The notes: generated by a model not told the origin, from the sequence alone. A DNA stretch of 64,000 nucleotides from Candidatus Woesearchaeota archaeon (GCA_964518625.1 CAZFHC010000001.1:111-64110), one strand, 5' to 3'; shown: positions 19,626-29,774, numbered from the stretch's first letter. Program-made: numbers and translations.

Positions 19626-20155
19626 TGGCACTTAGGAAAGGATCTGCATATTCAAAAAGAAAGGCAAGACCTTATACTAGAAAATCTAAAGTTAGAAGTA
19701 AATCTTATATTAAAACTATTCCAAACTCAAAAGTTGTTAAATATAAGATGGGTGATATTAAAGGTTTTATTGATGAACAATTTCCTATCCAAATTCATGT
19801 TATTGCAAAGACTAGATCTCAAATCAGAGATAATCCACTTGAAGCTGTTAGACAGTATTTGAACAGATGGTTACAAAAAAAAGTTGGTAAGGATTTCTAT
19901 TTAGAAGTTAAGGTTTATCCACATCATATTTTAAGAGAAAATAAAATGCTTACTGGTGCTGGAGCTGATCGTATGCAAACTGGTATGGCTCGTGCTTTTG
20001 GAAAATCTATGGGTAGAGCTGCTATAGTAAAACCTGGACAGACACTTTTTATTGTTGGTGTTAAAACTGTAAAACATGAGATTGAAGCTAGAAAATTGAT
20101 TAAATCTATTAAAGCTAGATTACCTTGTAGTGTTGGAACAGTAACTATTAACTAA
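19625..20155 (+). CDS. rpl10e: 50S ribosomal protein L10e (uL16)
   Basis: ARPYTRKSK..YIK..P..KVVKY.MGD; GADRMQTGM..AFGK..G.AA.VKPGQ.LF is the uL16/L10e signature. Confidence 0.85.
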   Translation: MALRKGSAYSKRKARPYTRKSKVRSKSYIKTIPNSKVVKYKMGDIKGFIDEQFPIQIHVIAKTRSQIRDNPLEAVRQYLNRWLQKKVGKDFYLEVKVYPHHILRENKMLTGAGADRMQTGMARAFGKSMGRAAIVKPGQTLFIVGVKTVKHEIEARKLIKSIKARLPCSVGTVTIN

Positions 20156-20249
20156 ATTTGAATTTTTAGTAGTTTTGTAAATTTTTTTATAGAACAATTA
20201 TATTGTATAAAGTTATTTTATATTGCATTTTTACCCATGTCACCTTTAA

Positions 20250-20867
20250 GTGACTACAAACAAAAAGGCTTTTAAAGCTATTATTATTACTATAACTATG
20301 TTAAAAAATAAAAAAGATTTAGAAGAACTCTGTAAAGATAAGGATGTAATTATTATGGTTCCTACAGCTGGTCCTCGTTTTGATAAATATAGAGCTAAGG
20401 CGGCTGTGATTGCTGAAAAAAAAGCAACTTGTAATTATGAAGGTTTAAATTTGCCTTATATTGTTAGCGGAGCTATTAAAAAAGACGACAAATATCTTCC
20501 TAATGAGAGAATGATTAGCTTACTAGAAAACTATGGTGTTTCTAAAGAAGCTATTTTTGAAGAACATAGTTCTCATAATACAGCAGAAAATCTTTACGAA
20601 ACTGTTAAATTTGCAAAAGAAATGAACATAAAGGATATTGCGATATCCACTGGAACATCTCATTATTTGAGATTTAAAGTTGATCTGAAACATTTAAAAT
20701 CTTTAGGATTGGTTAATAAAGATACAAAGATATACCCTATTCCTATATCTTATAAAGGAGCTAAAGTAGAATATAATCTTAAAAGAGAGGCTAGAAATGT
20801 ACTTGCTCTTGCTAAAGCTATCTTTTTAGATTGTCATAATTATAAATTTTCTACTAATGCTAGTTAG
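20250..20867 (+). CDS. DUF218 (YdcF/ElyC/SanA-like) domain protein
   Basis: The EEHSSHNTAENLYETVKF motif (conserved E..S.NT.EN of DUF218). Confidence 0.55.
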   Translation: MTTNKKAFKAIIITITMLKNKKDLEELCKDKDVIIMVPTAGPRFDKYRAKAAVIAEKKATCNYEGLNLPYIVSGAIKKDDKYLPNERMISLLENYGVSKEAIFEEHSSHNTAENLYETVKFAKEMNIKDIAISTGTSHYLRFKVDLKHLKSLGLVNKDTKIYPIPISYKGAKVEYNLKREARNVLALAKAIFLDCHNYKFSTNAS

Positions 20868-20897
20868 ATTTAAAACACCCATTATTTTATAATTACT

Positions 20898-21971
20898 ATG
20901 AAACATTTTTTTATTTTAGGACGTAATCCAAAATTATCGAGAGAAGAAATTTTTGCTTTTTTGAAGTGTCGAAAGATTGATTATAAGGAAATTCTTTTTG
21001 AAGATAACCAACTTGTTCTTGAAGGAGATTTTAATATTAATATTCAGGAACTTGGTGGAACTATTGAGATTGGGAATATCCTTTTTGATGATAATGCTAA
21101 TAAATTTGAAGATTTTTTAAATTCTCAAGATCTTGTTAATGAGAATAAATTTAATTATTCTGTTATTGGAAATATGGATCCTGAACCAATTAAGAATTAT
21201 TTCAAATCAAATAAACAAAAGGCTGGTTTGAAACATGGTAGAGATAAATTAAGATTTCAGGAAGGTGGTTTTAATTATTTAGCTAAGACTAAATATACTT
21301 ATTTTTTATATGAGGAGAATAATAGAGTTTTATTTGGTGAGGTAACACAAGATTTTGATTCTACTGAGGTTGAGAGAAGAGATATGAAAAAACCGGTTCG
21401 TCGTGAAGCTCTTGCTATTTCCCCTAGACTTTCTAAAATTTTGATTAATTTGAGTGGAGCTAATCCTAGAAGTTTAATGGGTGATCCTTTCTGTGGAGTT
21501 GGTGGTATTTTACAAGAAGCTTTGTTGAAAAATATTAAAGTTTATGGTAGTGATAATGATTATAAGGCTATTTTAGATGCTAAACGAAATTTAAAGTGGA
21601 TAAAGGATCAATATGATGTTAATACAAAATTCAATGTTGAAAGACGTGATGTTAGAAGTTTAGCAAATAAACAATTTGATGCTATTGCAACAGAAACTCC
21701 TTTGGGTGATGTTATTAAGAAAAAATTAGATGATAGACGTGCTGAAAATGAGATTCGAAAATTTGAGAGTTTTATTATCCCTGCACTTAGATCTATTAGA
21801 AGTGTTAAGAGAAATAAAGCACTTATTGCTATTACTTTTCCTAAGATTAGAAGATTTGGAGTAGATTATGATAGGATTATTGAAAATACTGGTTTAAGAA
21901 TTGTAATGAAACCTATAGAGGAATCTAAGAGTGGTCAGTTTATTGGTAGAGATGTTATCGTTTTTCAATAA
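20898..21971 (+). CDS. trm11: tRNA (guanine10-N2)-methyltransferase Trm11/TrmG10 (THUMP + class I MTase)
   Basis: MKHFFILGRNPKLSREEI is a Trm11-type N-terminus. DPFCGVGGILQEA is the SAM-binding motif. Confidence 0.7.
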   Translation: MKHFFILGRNPKLSREEIFAFLKCRKIDYKEILFEDNQLVLEGDFNINIQELGGTIEIGNILFDDNANKFEDFLNSQDLVNENKFNYSVIGNMDPEPIKNYFKSNKQKAGLKHGRDKLRFQEGGFNYLAKTKYTYFLYEENNRVLFGEVTQDFDSTEVERRDMKKPVRREALAISPRLSKILINLSGANPRSLMGDPFCGVGGILQEALLKNIKVYGSDNDYKAILDAKRNLKWIKDQYDVNTKFNVERRDVRSLANKQFDAIATETPLGDVIKKKLDDRRAENEIRKFESFIIPALRSIRSVKRNKALIAITFPKIRRFGVDYDRIIENTGLRIVMKPIEESKSGQFIGRDVIVFQ

Positions 21972-22041
21972 GAGTCTATTTTTCTAGAGGTATTGACTTA
22001 ACTCCCACAATGTTTAAATATTAAATTTACAATTTATCTTT

Positions 22042-22764
22042 ATGATTGTTAAATTAGATACGCCAAAGTTATTGTCTGACGCTGTTGCTGTAATTTCTGA
22101 ACTTGTTACAGAAGTTAAAATAAAACTTTTAGAAGATGGTATGAGTATTATTGCTGTTGATCCTGCAAATGTTGCTATGGTTATTTTTAAATTACCTCGT
22201 GAAAGTTTCTCTAGTTATGAAGCTAATAATGATGTTTGGGGTATTAATTTGGAAAGTTTGAAGAGAATTTTAAAAAGAGCTTCTGGAGCTGCTAGTATTA
22301 TATTTGAGCAGGAAGATAATAAGTTAAATATTGCTATTTATGATAAAGTAAAAAGAAATTTTACATTATCTTTAATTGATGTTGATTCTGAGGAAAAAGA
22401 TGAACCTAGTTTAGAATTTTCGACTACTGTTGAATTGAATTCCACTGAGCTTGTCCAGTCTATTGAAGATTGTGCTGTTGTTGCTGAAAGTTGTTCGTTT
22501 ATTGCTGGAGAGAATTTTTTTGTTGTTGAAGCTAGTGGTTCAATTAATTCCTTTAGAGCTGAATTTAATGATGATAATGGAGAGATTAATGGTATTGGTA
22601 AAGCTAAATACTCTTTGGAATATTTGAATAAGTTTATCAAAGCTCAAAAAATTTCTAATAAAGTTATTTTAAGATTCTCTGATGATTATCCTTTAAGGAT
22701 GGATTTCCCTGGAGAAAAAATGGGAATTGGTTTTGTATTAGCACCAAGAGTTGAAAACGATTAA
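22042..22764 (+). CDS. pcn: DNA polymerase sliding clamp PCNA
   Basis: About 240 aa with a two-domain PCNA pattern (KLL.DAV..ISELVTEV.IK..EDGMSI.AVDPANVAMV...L), an acidic interdomain loop, and a C-terminal LAPRVE. Confidence 0.75.
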   Translation: MIVKLDTPKLLSDAVAVISELVTEVKIKLLEDGMSIIAVDPANVAMVIFKLPRESFSSYEANNDVWGINLESLKRILKRASGAASIIFEQEDNKLNIAIYDKVKRNFTLSLIDVDSEEKDEPSLEFSTTVELNSTELVQSIEDCAVVAESCSFIAGENFFVVEASGSINSFRAEFNDDNGEINGIGKAKYSLEYLNKFIKAQKISNKVILRFSDDYPLRMDFPGEKMGIGFVLAPRVEND

Positions 22765-22768
22765 ATTT

Positions 22769-23635
22769 TTATTTATACAAATATTTTAGTTCTTTAATTG
22801 CTGGGTTTTGAAATAATTTTTTTAATGCTTTTTTTTGAATTTGTTCTATACGTTGTTTTGTAAGATTATACTTTTTACCGATTTCCTGAAAAGTTTTTTC
22901 GTTTTCTTCTGAATTTATTCCAAATCTTTCTTTTATAATATCTGCCTCTCTTTCATTTAAACTTGAATTAATTATTTTTTCTATATCAGAAACACCGCTA
23001 CTTGATTTTAATCTATCAATATCCTTTGTTGGACTATAATAATTAGTTCCTATATTATCAACTAAAGATGTATTATCCTCTAATATTGGGTAATCTAGAG
23101 AAAGAACAGTTTTTCCAATTTCAAGTAAAGAGTTTAGTTCTTTTTTTGTCTTTGATAAAATTTTTGAAATTTTTTCTATAGAATACCCTTCTGAACGATA
23201 TACTTTTACTTTACTTAATATTTCTCTTTTTTTAAGTGGTATTCTTATGCCATATGCATTTTCACCCAATGCCTTATAAATTGATTCTTTTATCCAATTT
23301 ACACTATATGTCGATAAAGTACCAATGGAAGGATCATATTTATCTATAGCTTTCATTAAACCAATATTCCCTTCTTGAATTAAATCTATTAACTCCATAC
23401 CTTTATTTTGGTAATTTTTAGCTATGGAAAATACAAAAAATAACTGAGATTTAACCAAAACATCTCTATACTCAGGAGTCATACCTTCTTCTAGTATTTT
23501 CTTACCTATCTCTTTTTGTTCTTCAACAGATATCCTATATTTATCAGCTTCATTCAAATATATTTCTAAATTATTTTTTTTATCAGTATTCAAATATATT
23601 TCTGAATGTTCTTTATTATTAATCATATCTTTCAA
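22769..23635 (-). CDS. Bacterial-type sigma-70 family RNA polymerase sigma factor (group 3/FliA-SigB-like size)
   Basis: Region 2 is LIDLIQEGNIGLMKAIDKYDP...TYSVNWIKESIYKAL. Region 4 is LNEREADIIKERFGINSEENEKTFQEIGKKYNLTKQRIEQIQKKALKKL. Confidence 0.8.
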   Translation of the reverse strand: MKDMINNKEHSEIYLNTDKKNNLEIYLNEADKYRISVEEQKEIGKKILEEGMTPEYRDVLVKSQLFFVFSIAKNYQNKGMELIDLIQEGNIGLMKAIDKYDPSIGTLSTYSVNWIKESIYKALGENAYGIRIPLKKREILSKVKVYRSEGYSIEKISKILSKTKKELNSLLEIGKTVLSLDYPILEDNTSLVDNIGTNYYSPTKDIDRLKSSSGVSDIEKIINSSLNEREADIIKERFGINSEENEKTFQEIGKKYNLTKQRIEQIQKKALKKLFQNPAIKELKYLYK

Positions 23636-23815
23636 TTTAACTTATTGTTTATAAACTTTTTCAATTGTAACTATTTTATAGTTGTTACTTGTTGTGGAAA
23701 GATGTTTAGTATATTTCATTTCTGTTTTAAAATAGTGAAAAAGCTATTGGATTAAATTGTATAATAGTTTATAATCTTTCTAAAAATTTAAAAACTTCAT
23801 AGTTGTAATTATTTT

Positions 23816-24511
23816 ATGAAAAAGAGAGATGATTTTGGTGACCATACTGATATTCCTAGTTCTAATGAAATTTCTGATGTTTTGTTGAAGAAAAGTTTAA
23901 ATCGTGGAGAGAAAGTTAATAAAAATAAAAAGAAATCTAAAAATAAAAAATTTACTTTTAGTAAGAATAAAGTAAAAAAGAAAATGGAAAAAGAGTCCAA
24001 AAATAAAAAAACACGAGATATTGTAAAGAGAACTAAACCGATTAAAAATAAAAATGAATCAAAAGTGAAGAATAAGAAACATATTGAGATTCATGCTAAG
24101 ATATTTGTAGTTATTGTATGTGTTTTAGTTATTTTAGGAGTTTTGAGTTATTTTACTATTATTAATTTTGATGTTGTTAAAAATGGATTTATTTCGACTT
24201 CTGGATTTTTTTTAAATATTATTACTACTTCTAGTTCTGATTTGGATGAAATTGATTTTTCTGATGTTAAAATCGATAAGTTGAATATTGATTTATTAAC
24301 TGAAAATATTGAGCTTGAAACTAAAGTTACTAGTCAATTAAATTCTAAGTGTAATGATGAGAAAAGCACATTGGAAGCTAATATTAGGAAAGATGAGCAA
24401 GCTAAATGTAAAATTGAAACTGATGTTTTAAGTAATGAGATTGATGAGTGGACAACAAAGTATAATAGTTGTAGTGATGATTTAGATGAGTGCGAAGAGG
24501 GTAATGAATAA
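23816..24511 (+). CDS. Membrane protein with Lys-rich cytoplasmic N-terminus, single TM, and coiled-coil Cys-containing ectodomain
   Basis: About 90-aa K-rich N-region, then TM IFVVIVCVLVILGVLSYFTII, then an acidic coiled-coil C-terminal segment. Divergent from the sigma factor gene. Confidence 0.45.
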   Translation: MKKRDDFGDHTDIPSSNEISDVLLKKSLNRGEKVNKNKKKSKNKKFTFSKNKVKKKMEKESKNKKTRDIVKRTKPIKNKNESKVKNKKHIEIHAKIFVVIVCVLVILGVLSYFTIINFDVVKNGFISTSGFFLNIITTSSSDLDEIDFSDVKIDKLNIDLLTENIELETKVTSQLNSKCNDEKSTLEANIRKDEQAKCKIETDVLSNEIDEWTTKYNSCSDDLDECEEGNE

Positions 24512-24783
24512 TGAAAGTAAAAAAAGATAAATTTGTAAAGAAGCACCATGTTTGGGGTGGTATCGGAATTATTATTGGTATTGTAATTACAATTGTTGTT
24601 ATTGGTATTTTTAGTTACAAGTATGTGCATTATGTTGAACAGGAAGGGTATGTTAAAGGTGGTGAAGATATGGCTAGATTGATTTATGATAATGTTGCTG
24701 AATATGGAGGAGCATCGATTGAAGTTGGTGGAGAAAAAATTATTGTTGCGAAATATGAGAAACCGATTGGTGGTATTGAGTAG
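24511..24783 (+). CDS. Small membrane protein
   Basis: One TM (GGIGIIIGIVITIVVIGIF). The start overlaps the upstream stop (ATGA). Confidence 0.4.
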   Translation: MKVKKDKFVKKHHVWGGIGIIIGIVITIVVIGIFSYKYVHYVEQEGYVKGGEDMARLIYDNVAEYGGASIEVGGEKIIVAKYEKPIGGIE

Positions 24784-24785
24784 TT

Positions 24786-26261
24786 ATGGTTGTTTTGTCT
24801 AAATCTGGTTATTTAGCTGGTTTGCAATGTCATAAATTACTTTGGGTGAAAGCTAAAGATAAAGCGAGATTCCCTAAGATTGGTGAATTTAAGCAATCTA
24901 TTTTTGATAATGGTCATGTTGTTGGTCAATTGGCAAAAAAACTTTTTCCTGAAGGGATTGAACTTTCTGATGAGAATTTTTCTGAGAATTTAAAATTGAC
25001 AAAAGAAAATTTGGATAAAAAAAGACCTTTGTTTGAGGCTGCTTTTATGGTTGATGAATTATATTCTAGAGCTGATATTCTGAGTCCTAATGATGATGGG
25101 AGTTGGGACATCTATGAGGTTAAATCATCTACAAAAGTTAAGGAAATTAATTTACATGATGTTAGTTTTCAGAAGTATGTTTATGAATTAGCAGGTTTGA
25201 ATATTCGGAAATGTTTTTTAGTTCATATTAATAATAAATATATTAAACAGGGTGAGTTGGATGTTCAAGGATTTTTTCATATTAGTGATGTTAGTCATGA
25301 TATCGAACCATATTTTGAGAATATTGAATCTAGGGTTTTACAAATGTTGAGTATTATGATGGGAGATGAACCTAATGTTGAAATTGGAGAGCATTGTTCT
25401 TCGCCCTATTCTTGTGATTTAGAACCAAATTGTTGGAAGTTTATTAAGGAAGGTAGTGTATTTGATTTGTATAGGGGTGGTTCTAGATCTTTTGATTTAT
25501 TTGAGAATGGTATTGTTGCCTTAAAAGATATTCCTGATTATTATAGGTTATCTGAAATCCAAATGATTCAAAGAGATGTTGCAATTAAGGAAGAGACCTA
25601 TGTGAATAAAGAGGGTCTAAAAAACTTTTTGAATAAATTACAATATCCTATTTATTATTTAGATTTTGAAACGATTAATCCTGTTATTCCTAAGTTTGAT
25701 GGGATGAAGCCTTATCAAAGAATCCCATTTCAATTCTCGTTACATATTCAGAAAAGTATTGGTAGTGAATTGGAACATGTTTCTTTCTTACATAAGAATC
25801 GTGATGATTCACGTAAATCTTTTATGCAAGCTCTAAAAGATAATCTTGGTGAAGTTGGAACTATTTTAGTTTATAATCAAAGTTTTGAGATTGGTGTAAT
25901 GAGAGAATCTTCTTATGCTTTTTATGAATTTAAAGATTGGTTTGCTGAGATTCAGCCTCGTATACTTGATTTATTGGTTCCATTTAAAAATTTTGATTAT
26001 TATAATGCCAAGCAAAAAGGCTCTTGTTCTATTAAAGCTGTTTTACCTGTCTTTTCGGATTTGAATTATAAAGATTTAGAAATTGGGAATGGTGCTATTG
26101 CAAATTTGCTTTATGAAAAAGCTACATTTAGTGATATGAATGATACCGCGAAAAAGAAAATTTATGATGATTTAGAAGTATATTGTCATCAAGATACGTT
26201 GGCTGAAGTTAAAATTATTGATGGATTATATAAGATTACAGAAAACGATATAGTTAATTAA
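24786..26261 (+). CDS. Cas4-like PD-(D/E)xK nuclease fused to a DUF2779 (DnaQ-like exonuclease-fold) domain
   Basis: N-terminal Y..GLQCHK, D-IYEVK (D...E.K) and a 4-Cys cluster (C...CSSPYSC....C) resemble Cas4/RecB-family nucleases. The C-terminal YYLDFETINP...QFSLHI resembles a DEDD exonuclease motif. Confidence 0.6.
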   Translation: MVVLSKSGYLAGLQCHKLLWVKAKDKARFPKIGEFKQSIFDNGHVVGQLAKKLFPEGIELSDENFSENLKLTKENLDKKRPLFEAAFMVDELYSRADILSPNDDGSWDIYEVKSSTKVKEINLHDVSFQKYVYELAGLNIRKCFLVHINNKYIKQGELDVQGFFHISDVSHDIEPYFENIESRVLQMLSIMMGDEPNVEIGEHCSSPYSCDLEPNCWKFIKEGSVFDLYRGGSRSFDLFENGIVALKDIPDYYRLSEIQMIQRDVAIKEETYVNKEGLKNFLNKLQYPIYYLDFETINPVIPKFDGMKPYQRIPFQFSLHIQKSIGSELEHVSFLHKNRDDSRKSFMQALKDNLGEVGTILVYNQSFEIGVMRESSYAFYEFKDWFAEIQPRILDLLVPFKNFDYYNAKQKGSCSIKAVLPVFSDLNYKDLEIGNGAIANLLYEKATFSDMNDTAKKKIYDDLEVYCHQDTLAEVKIIDGLYKITENDIVN

Positions 26262-26932
26262 TTGCCGCCGTATCGCCTATTTCTTCTTGAATATTCTTTG
26301 ACTGCTTTTTGTAAATCTTTTGTTTTGAAACTTGGAAAGAATCTTTTTGTAAAATATAATTCTGAATATACTGATTGGTATGGCATAAATCCTGATAACC
26401 TCTTTTCTCCACCTGTTCTTATTATTAAATCTGGATTTGGTATATTTGCTGTATCTAAATTTTTGTAGAAGTTCTCTATTGTGACTTGCTTTTTATCAGT
26501 TTTTTTTATTGCTCTAATTATTTCATCTTGTCCACCATAATCTATCGCTAAGATTAAAGTAAATTTGTTATTTCTAGTTTCTTTTTCTATTTTTGATAGT
26601 TTTATTCTAAGTGATTTTGGAATTCTATCTTTTCTTCCTATGTGTATTAATTTATATTTTAATGTTTTTTTAGTGAATAAGTCATCTATTAACTTTTCAA
26701 TTATATGCATTATTATTTCAATTTCTTTTTCTGACCTTTTCCAATTTTCTGTTGAAAATCCCCATGCCGATATATATTCTATACCTAATTTTTGAGCTGC
26801 TTCGCAAAGTTCTATTATATTTGTATATGTTCCAGCTTTTTCGTGTCCTTTCGTTCCGACTAGTCCTCTTCTTTTTGCCCAACGCCTATTCCCATCTGGA
26901 ATAATTGCTACATGTTTTGGTATTTTATTCAT
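26258..26932 (-). CDS. uppS: Undecaprenyl/di-trans,poly-cis-prenyl diphosphate synthase (cis-prenyltransferase)
   Basis: HVAIIPDGNRRWAKRRGL plus conserved downstream motifs (ISAWGFSTENWKRS; RTGGEKRLSGF). Confidence 0.85.
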   Translation of the reverse strand: MNKIPKHVAIIPDGNRRWAKRRGLVGTKGHEKAGTYTNIIELCEAAQKLGIEYISAWGFSTENWKRSEKEIEIIMHIIEKLIDDLFTKKTLKYKLIHIGRKDRIPKSLRIKLSKIEKETRNNKFTLILAIDYGGQDEIIRAIKKTDKKQVTIENFYKNLDTANIPNPDLIIRTGGEKRLSGFMPYQSVYSELYFTKRFFPSFKTKDLQKAVKEYSRRNRRYGGN

Positions 26933-28172
26933 TTTCTTTTATAATATAAAGATCTGTTCCTTCTTTACAAGTCGGAAGTTTTATTAAAATTTCGTCTCCT
27001 TTTTTTGCTGTTTTTACATTCCTATTATTTTTCTTAATTGATTTTAATTTGATTTTTTTTATTGCATCTTCTTGGTTTAGTAAATATACTTCATCTCCTA
27101 ATTTTATTTTACCTGCATGCATTATTACTTGAGCTGCTTTTAAATTTGAGAAATATTGTTTTACTCTTCCTACATATTCTTTATGTTGTGTTTGTTCTCC
27201 ATTCTCTGTGTATGAAAAATCGTCTGAAGTTGGCATTTTAAAATAAAAACCGGATGAGAATCCTCTGTTGTAAACTTTTTTTAATTCTGTAATTGATTTT
27301 TCAATTTCTTTTGGTGTTAATTTTTTATCTAGTGCTTTTCTATATATTTTAACTACTGTTGATACATATTCTGGAGATCTGTTTCGCCCTTCTATTTTGA
27401 ATGATTGTATTCCTGCTTTTTTCATTTGTTCAATAAATGGTAATGTACAAAGATCTTTTGCTGACATTACTTTATTATTTTGTAATTTTAGTTGTTTCCC
27501 TGAGTCATCTGTGACTGTCCAGCTTCTTCTGCATGGATGAGCACATTGTCCTCTGTTAGCTGAATATCCTTGCATAAATTGTGATGTAAAACATCTTCCT
27601 GAGATTGCAACACACATCGCACCGTGACAAAAACATTCTACTCTTATGATTTTTGATACTTGTTTTATTTGTTTTAGATTTAATTCTCTTGCTAATACTA
27701 GTGTTGTTGCTCCAAGTTTTTTATAGTATTGTGCTGATTCTTTATTTGAGATTGAGGCTTGTGTTGATATGTGGATTGGAACTTTGTATTTTTGACATAG
27801 TCTTATTATTGATGGATCCCAGCAAATTATTGCATTAATGTAAGATTTTGCTTTTTTGATTATTGTTTCTATTTTTTTTAATTCTGAATCATATACTACT
27901 GTATTTAATGTTAGATATCTTTTCACTTTTTTTAATTCGCAAATTTCTTTTATTTTTGGAAGATCTTTTATTGTGAAGTTTCTTGCACCTTCTCGCATAT
28001 TGAATCCTTTTATTCCAAAATAGACTGCATCTGTACCAGCTTCAATTGCTGAGTAAAGCATTGGATAATTTCCTACGGGTGCTAATAATTCGTATTTTTG
28101 TTTCATATAATAATTTAGTTTTTCTATTTTAAGAGTTTTTTGGTTAATTTTGTTATAATTATCAAATGACAC
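26925..28172 (-). CDS. Peptidase U32 family protein (RlhA/YegQ-like)
   Basis: YELLAPVGNYPMLYSAIEAGTDAVYFG is the U32 N-terminal signature. A Cys-rich central region is present. Confidence 0.75.
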   Translation of the reverse strand: MSFDNYNKINQKTLKIEKLNYYMKQKYELLAPVGNYPMLYSAIEAGTDAVYFGIKGFNMREGARNFTIKDLPKIKEICELKKVKRYLTLNTVVYDSELKKIETIIKKAKSYINAIICWDPSIIRLCQKYKVPIHISTQASISNKESAQYYKKLGATTLVLARELNLKQIKQVSKIIRVECFCHGAMCVAISGRCFTSQFMQGYSANRGQCAHPCRRSWTVTDDSGKQLKLQNNKVMSAKDLCTLPFIEQMKKAGIQSFKIEGRNRSPEYVSTVVKIYRKALDKKLTPKEIEKSITELKKVYNRGFSSGFYFKMPTSDDFSYTENGEQTQHKEYVGRVKQYFSNLKAAQVIMHAGKIKLGDEVYLLNQEDAIKKIKLKSIKKNNRNVKTAKKGDEILIKLPTCKEGTDLYIIKENE

Positions 28173-28432
28173 TTATACGAAAACTTTATAAAGAACCTTG
28201 TGTTGGATTTATTATGAGAAAATCACCTGAATATGTTGAAAAAAATGTTTCTGCTAGTTTCGGTTATGTTAAGAAAGATATGCTTATGTTGAATGATTCA
28301 TTTAGTGAGTTGAATGATAAATTTGAAAGATTATTAGGTCAGTATCAAAACTTAGTTGATGAAGTTACAAAGATTAAGAATTCTTTACCAAAGAAAAAAG
28401 TTGTAAAGAAAAAAAGTATTGCAAAAAAATAG
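28166..28432 (+). CDS. Hypothetical protein
   Basis: 88-aa ORF with a Lys-rich tail. Confidence 0.3.
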   Translation: MTLIRKLYKEPCVGFIMRKSPEYVEKNVSASFGYVKKDMLMLNDSFSELNDKFERLLGQYQNLVDEVTKIKNSLPKKKVVKKKSIAKK

Positions 28433-28440
28433 AATTTATT

Positions 28441-28938
28441 ATGGCTATTGATGATTATTTGAATTCTCCCAATACTGGAATTATTATTGTTGATATGCAA
28501 AAATATTTTGTAGATCAATTACCTAATTTTAAATCTTTAATTAATAAGCAAATTAATATTCTTAAATTTCATCCTAAAATATTTATAGTTAATTTAGAAT
28601 TTAAGCCATCAAGATATGGATATACTTTACCATTAATAAAAAATGAAATTAATAATAATAACCGTTCTTTTAAAACAATTAAAAAAAATTATATGAATGG
28701 TTTTAAAAGAACTAAACTTAATAAAATTTTAAAGGAATATGAGATACATAATATACTTATTATGGGATGTAATACTTCTTTTTGTGTTTTCTCTACTGCA
28801 AAAAGTGCTAGTAATTTAGGATATACATTAGCTACTTCAAAAAATTTAGTATCACAATCGGGTTATACTTCTAGCCAAAAATATGATTTTTTAGAAGAAG
28901 CGGTAAATTGGTATAAAAAAAATACAATTTTATTTTAG
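28441..28938 (+). CDS. Isochorismatase-like cysteine hydrolase
   Basis: GIIIVDMQKYF...ILIMGCNTSFCV is the isochorismatase family catalytic Cys context. Confidence 0.5.
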   Translation: MAIDDYLNSPNTGIIIVDMQKYFVDQLPNFKSLINKQINILKFHPKIFIVNLEFKPSRYGYTLPLIKNEINNNNRSFKTIKKNYMNGFKRTKLNKILKEYEIHNILIMGCNTSFCVFSTAKSASNLGYTLATSKNLVSQSGYTSSQKYDFLEEAVNWYKKNTILF

Positions 28939-28940
28939 AA

Positions 28941-29291
28941 TTAATTCCATCTACCTAATTCTAATTCTACTTTGTTTGTCCATGATTTGACTATGTCTAG
29001 TATCATATTTTTTATTGCTAAGTTATTTTTAGATTTGTAAACGAAAATATATCCACCTGGTGATAGATTAATTTGTTTTCTAATCACTAATTGTTTATTT
29101 CTTAGTTTTTTTAGACTTCTTTGAGCTGTTGAAATATCTACTTTAATTAATTTAGATATTTCTTCGCTAGATCTGTACTCTTCTGAATCAAATAAAAGTA
29201 ATTTTAAAATATTATAATCGGATTTTGTAAGGCCAAGGCTACACTTAATTACTTCGTTTAAATCAAATTGTCGGCAAGCAAAATCTATCAT
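28941..29291 (-). CDS. Winged-helix transcriptional regulator (TrmB/MarR-like)
   Basis: The helix-turn-helix pattern SSEEISKLIKVDISTAQRSLKKLRNKQLV. Confidence 0.4.
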   Translation of the reverse strand: MIDFACRQFDLNEVIKCSLGLTKSDYNILKLLLFDSEEYRSSEEISKLIKVDISTAQRSLKKLRNKQLVIRKQINLSPGGYIFVYKSKNNLAIKNMILDIVKSWTNKVELELGRWN

Positions 29292-29302
29292 AAAAAAAAC
29301 AA

Positions 29303-29623
29303 TTAGTTTATGATGCTGTCGATTTTTTGTTTTAGTGCATCTTTTGGGTTATATCCTATAATGTCACCTAATACTGTTCGGCCATTGAATATTTTCAATG
29401 CTGGGATTCCCATTATACCGAATTGTGCAGCGAATGCATTATGTTCTTCAACATCAAGTTTTGCAAACTTCAATTTTCCTTTATATTCTGCAGATAGTTC
29501 TTCAAATATTGGTCCCATCATCTTACAAGGTCCACACCATGGAGCCCAGAAATCAACGATTACTGGCATATCTGATTCAAAGACTTCTTTTACAAAATTT
29601 TCTGGATTTAAATTTTTTACCAT
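29303..29623 (-). CDS. trxA: Thioredoxin
   Basis: WAPWCGPCK active site. 106 aa. Confidence 0.85.
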   Translation of the reverse strand: MVKNLNPENFVKEVFESDMPVIVDFWAPWCGPCKMMGPIFEELSAEYKGKLKFAKLDVEEHNAFAAQFGIMGIPALKIFNGRTVLGDIIGYNPKDALKQKIDSIIN

Positions 29624-29774
29624 ATTGTTCTCCTTAATTTAATTATACTGTGATAAATTAACAATACTATTTAAAAGCTTTGAACTTCGCTAAAAATTGT
29701 ATTTTTTTTGCAGTTCTATTTATTAACTTAATTACAATTAAACTTATAAAGGAGATTAACTTTGGAATAGTAAC

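Noticed and set aside
23660-23690. Inverted repeat GTAACTATTTTATAGTTGTTAC in the sigma-factor divergent intergenic region as a standalone feature
   Set aside because: It is imperfect, with an extra GTT in the right arm, and it is short. It is mentioned within the sigma-factor finding rather than annotated separately.
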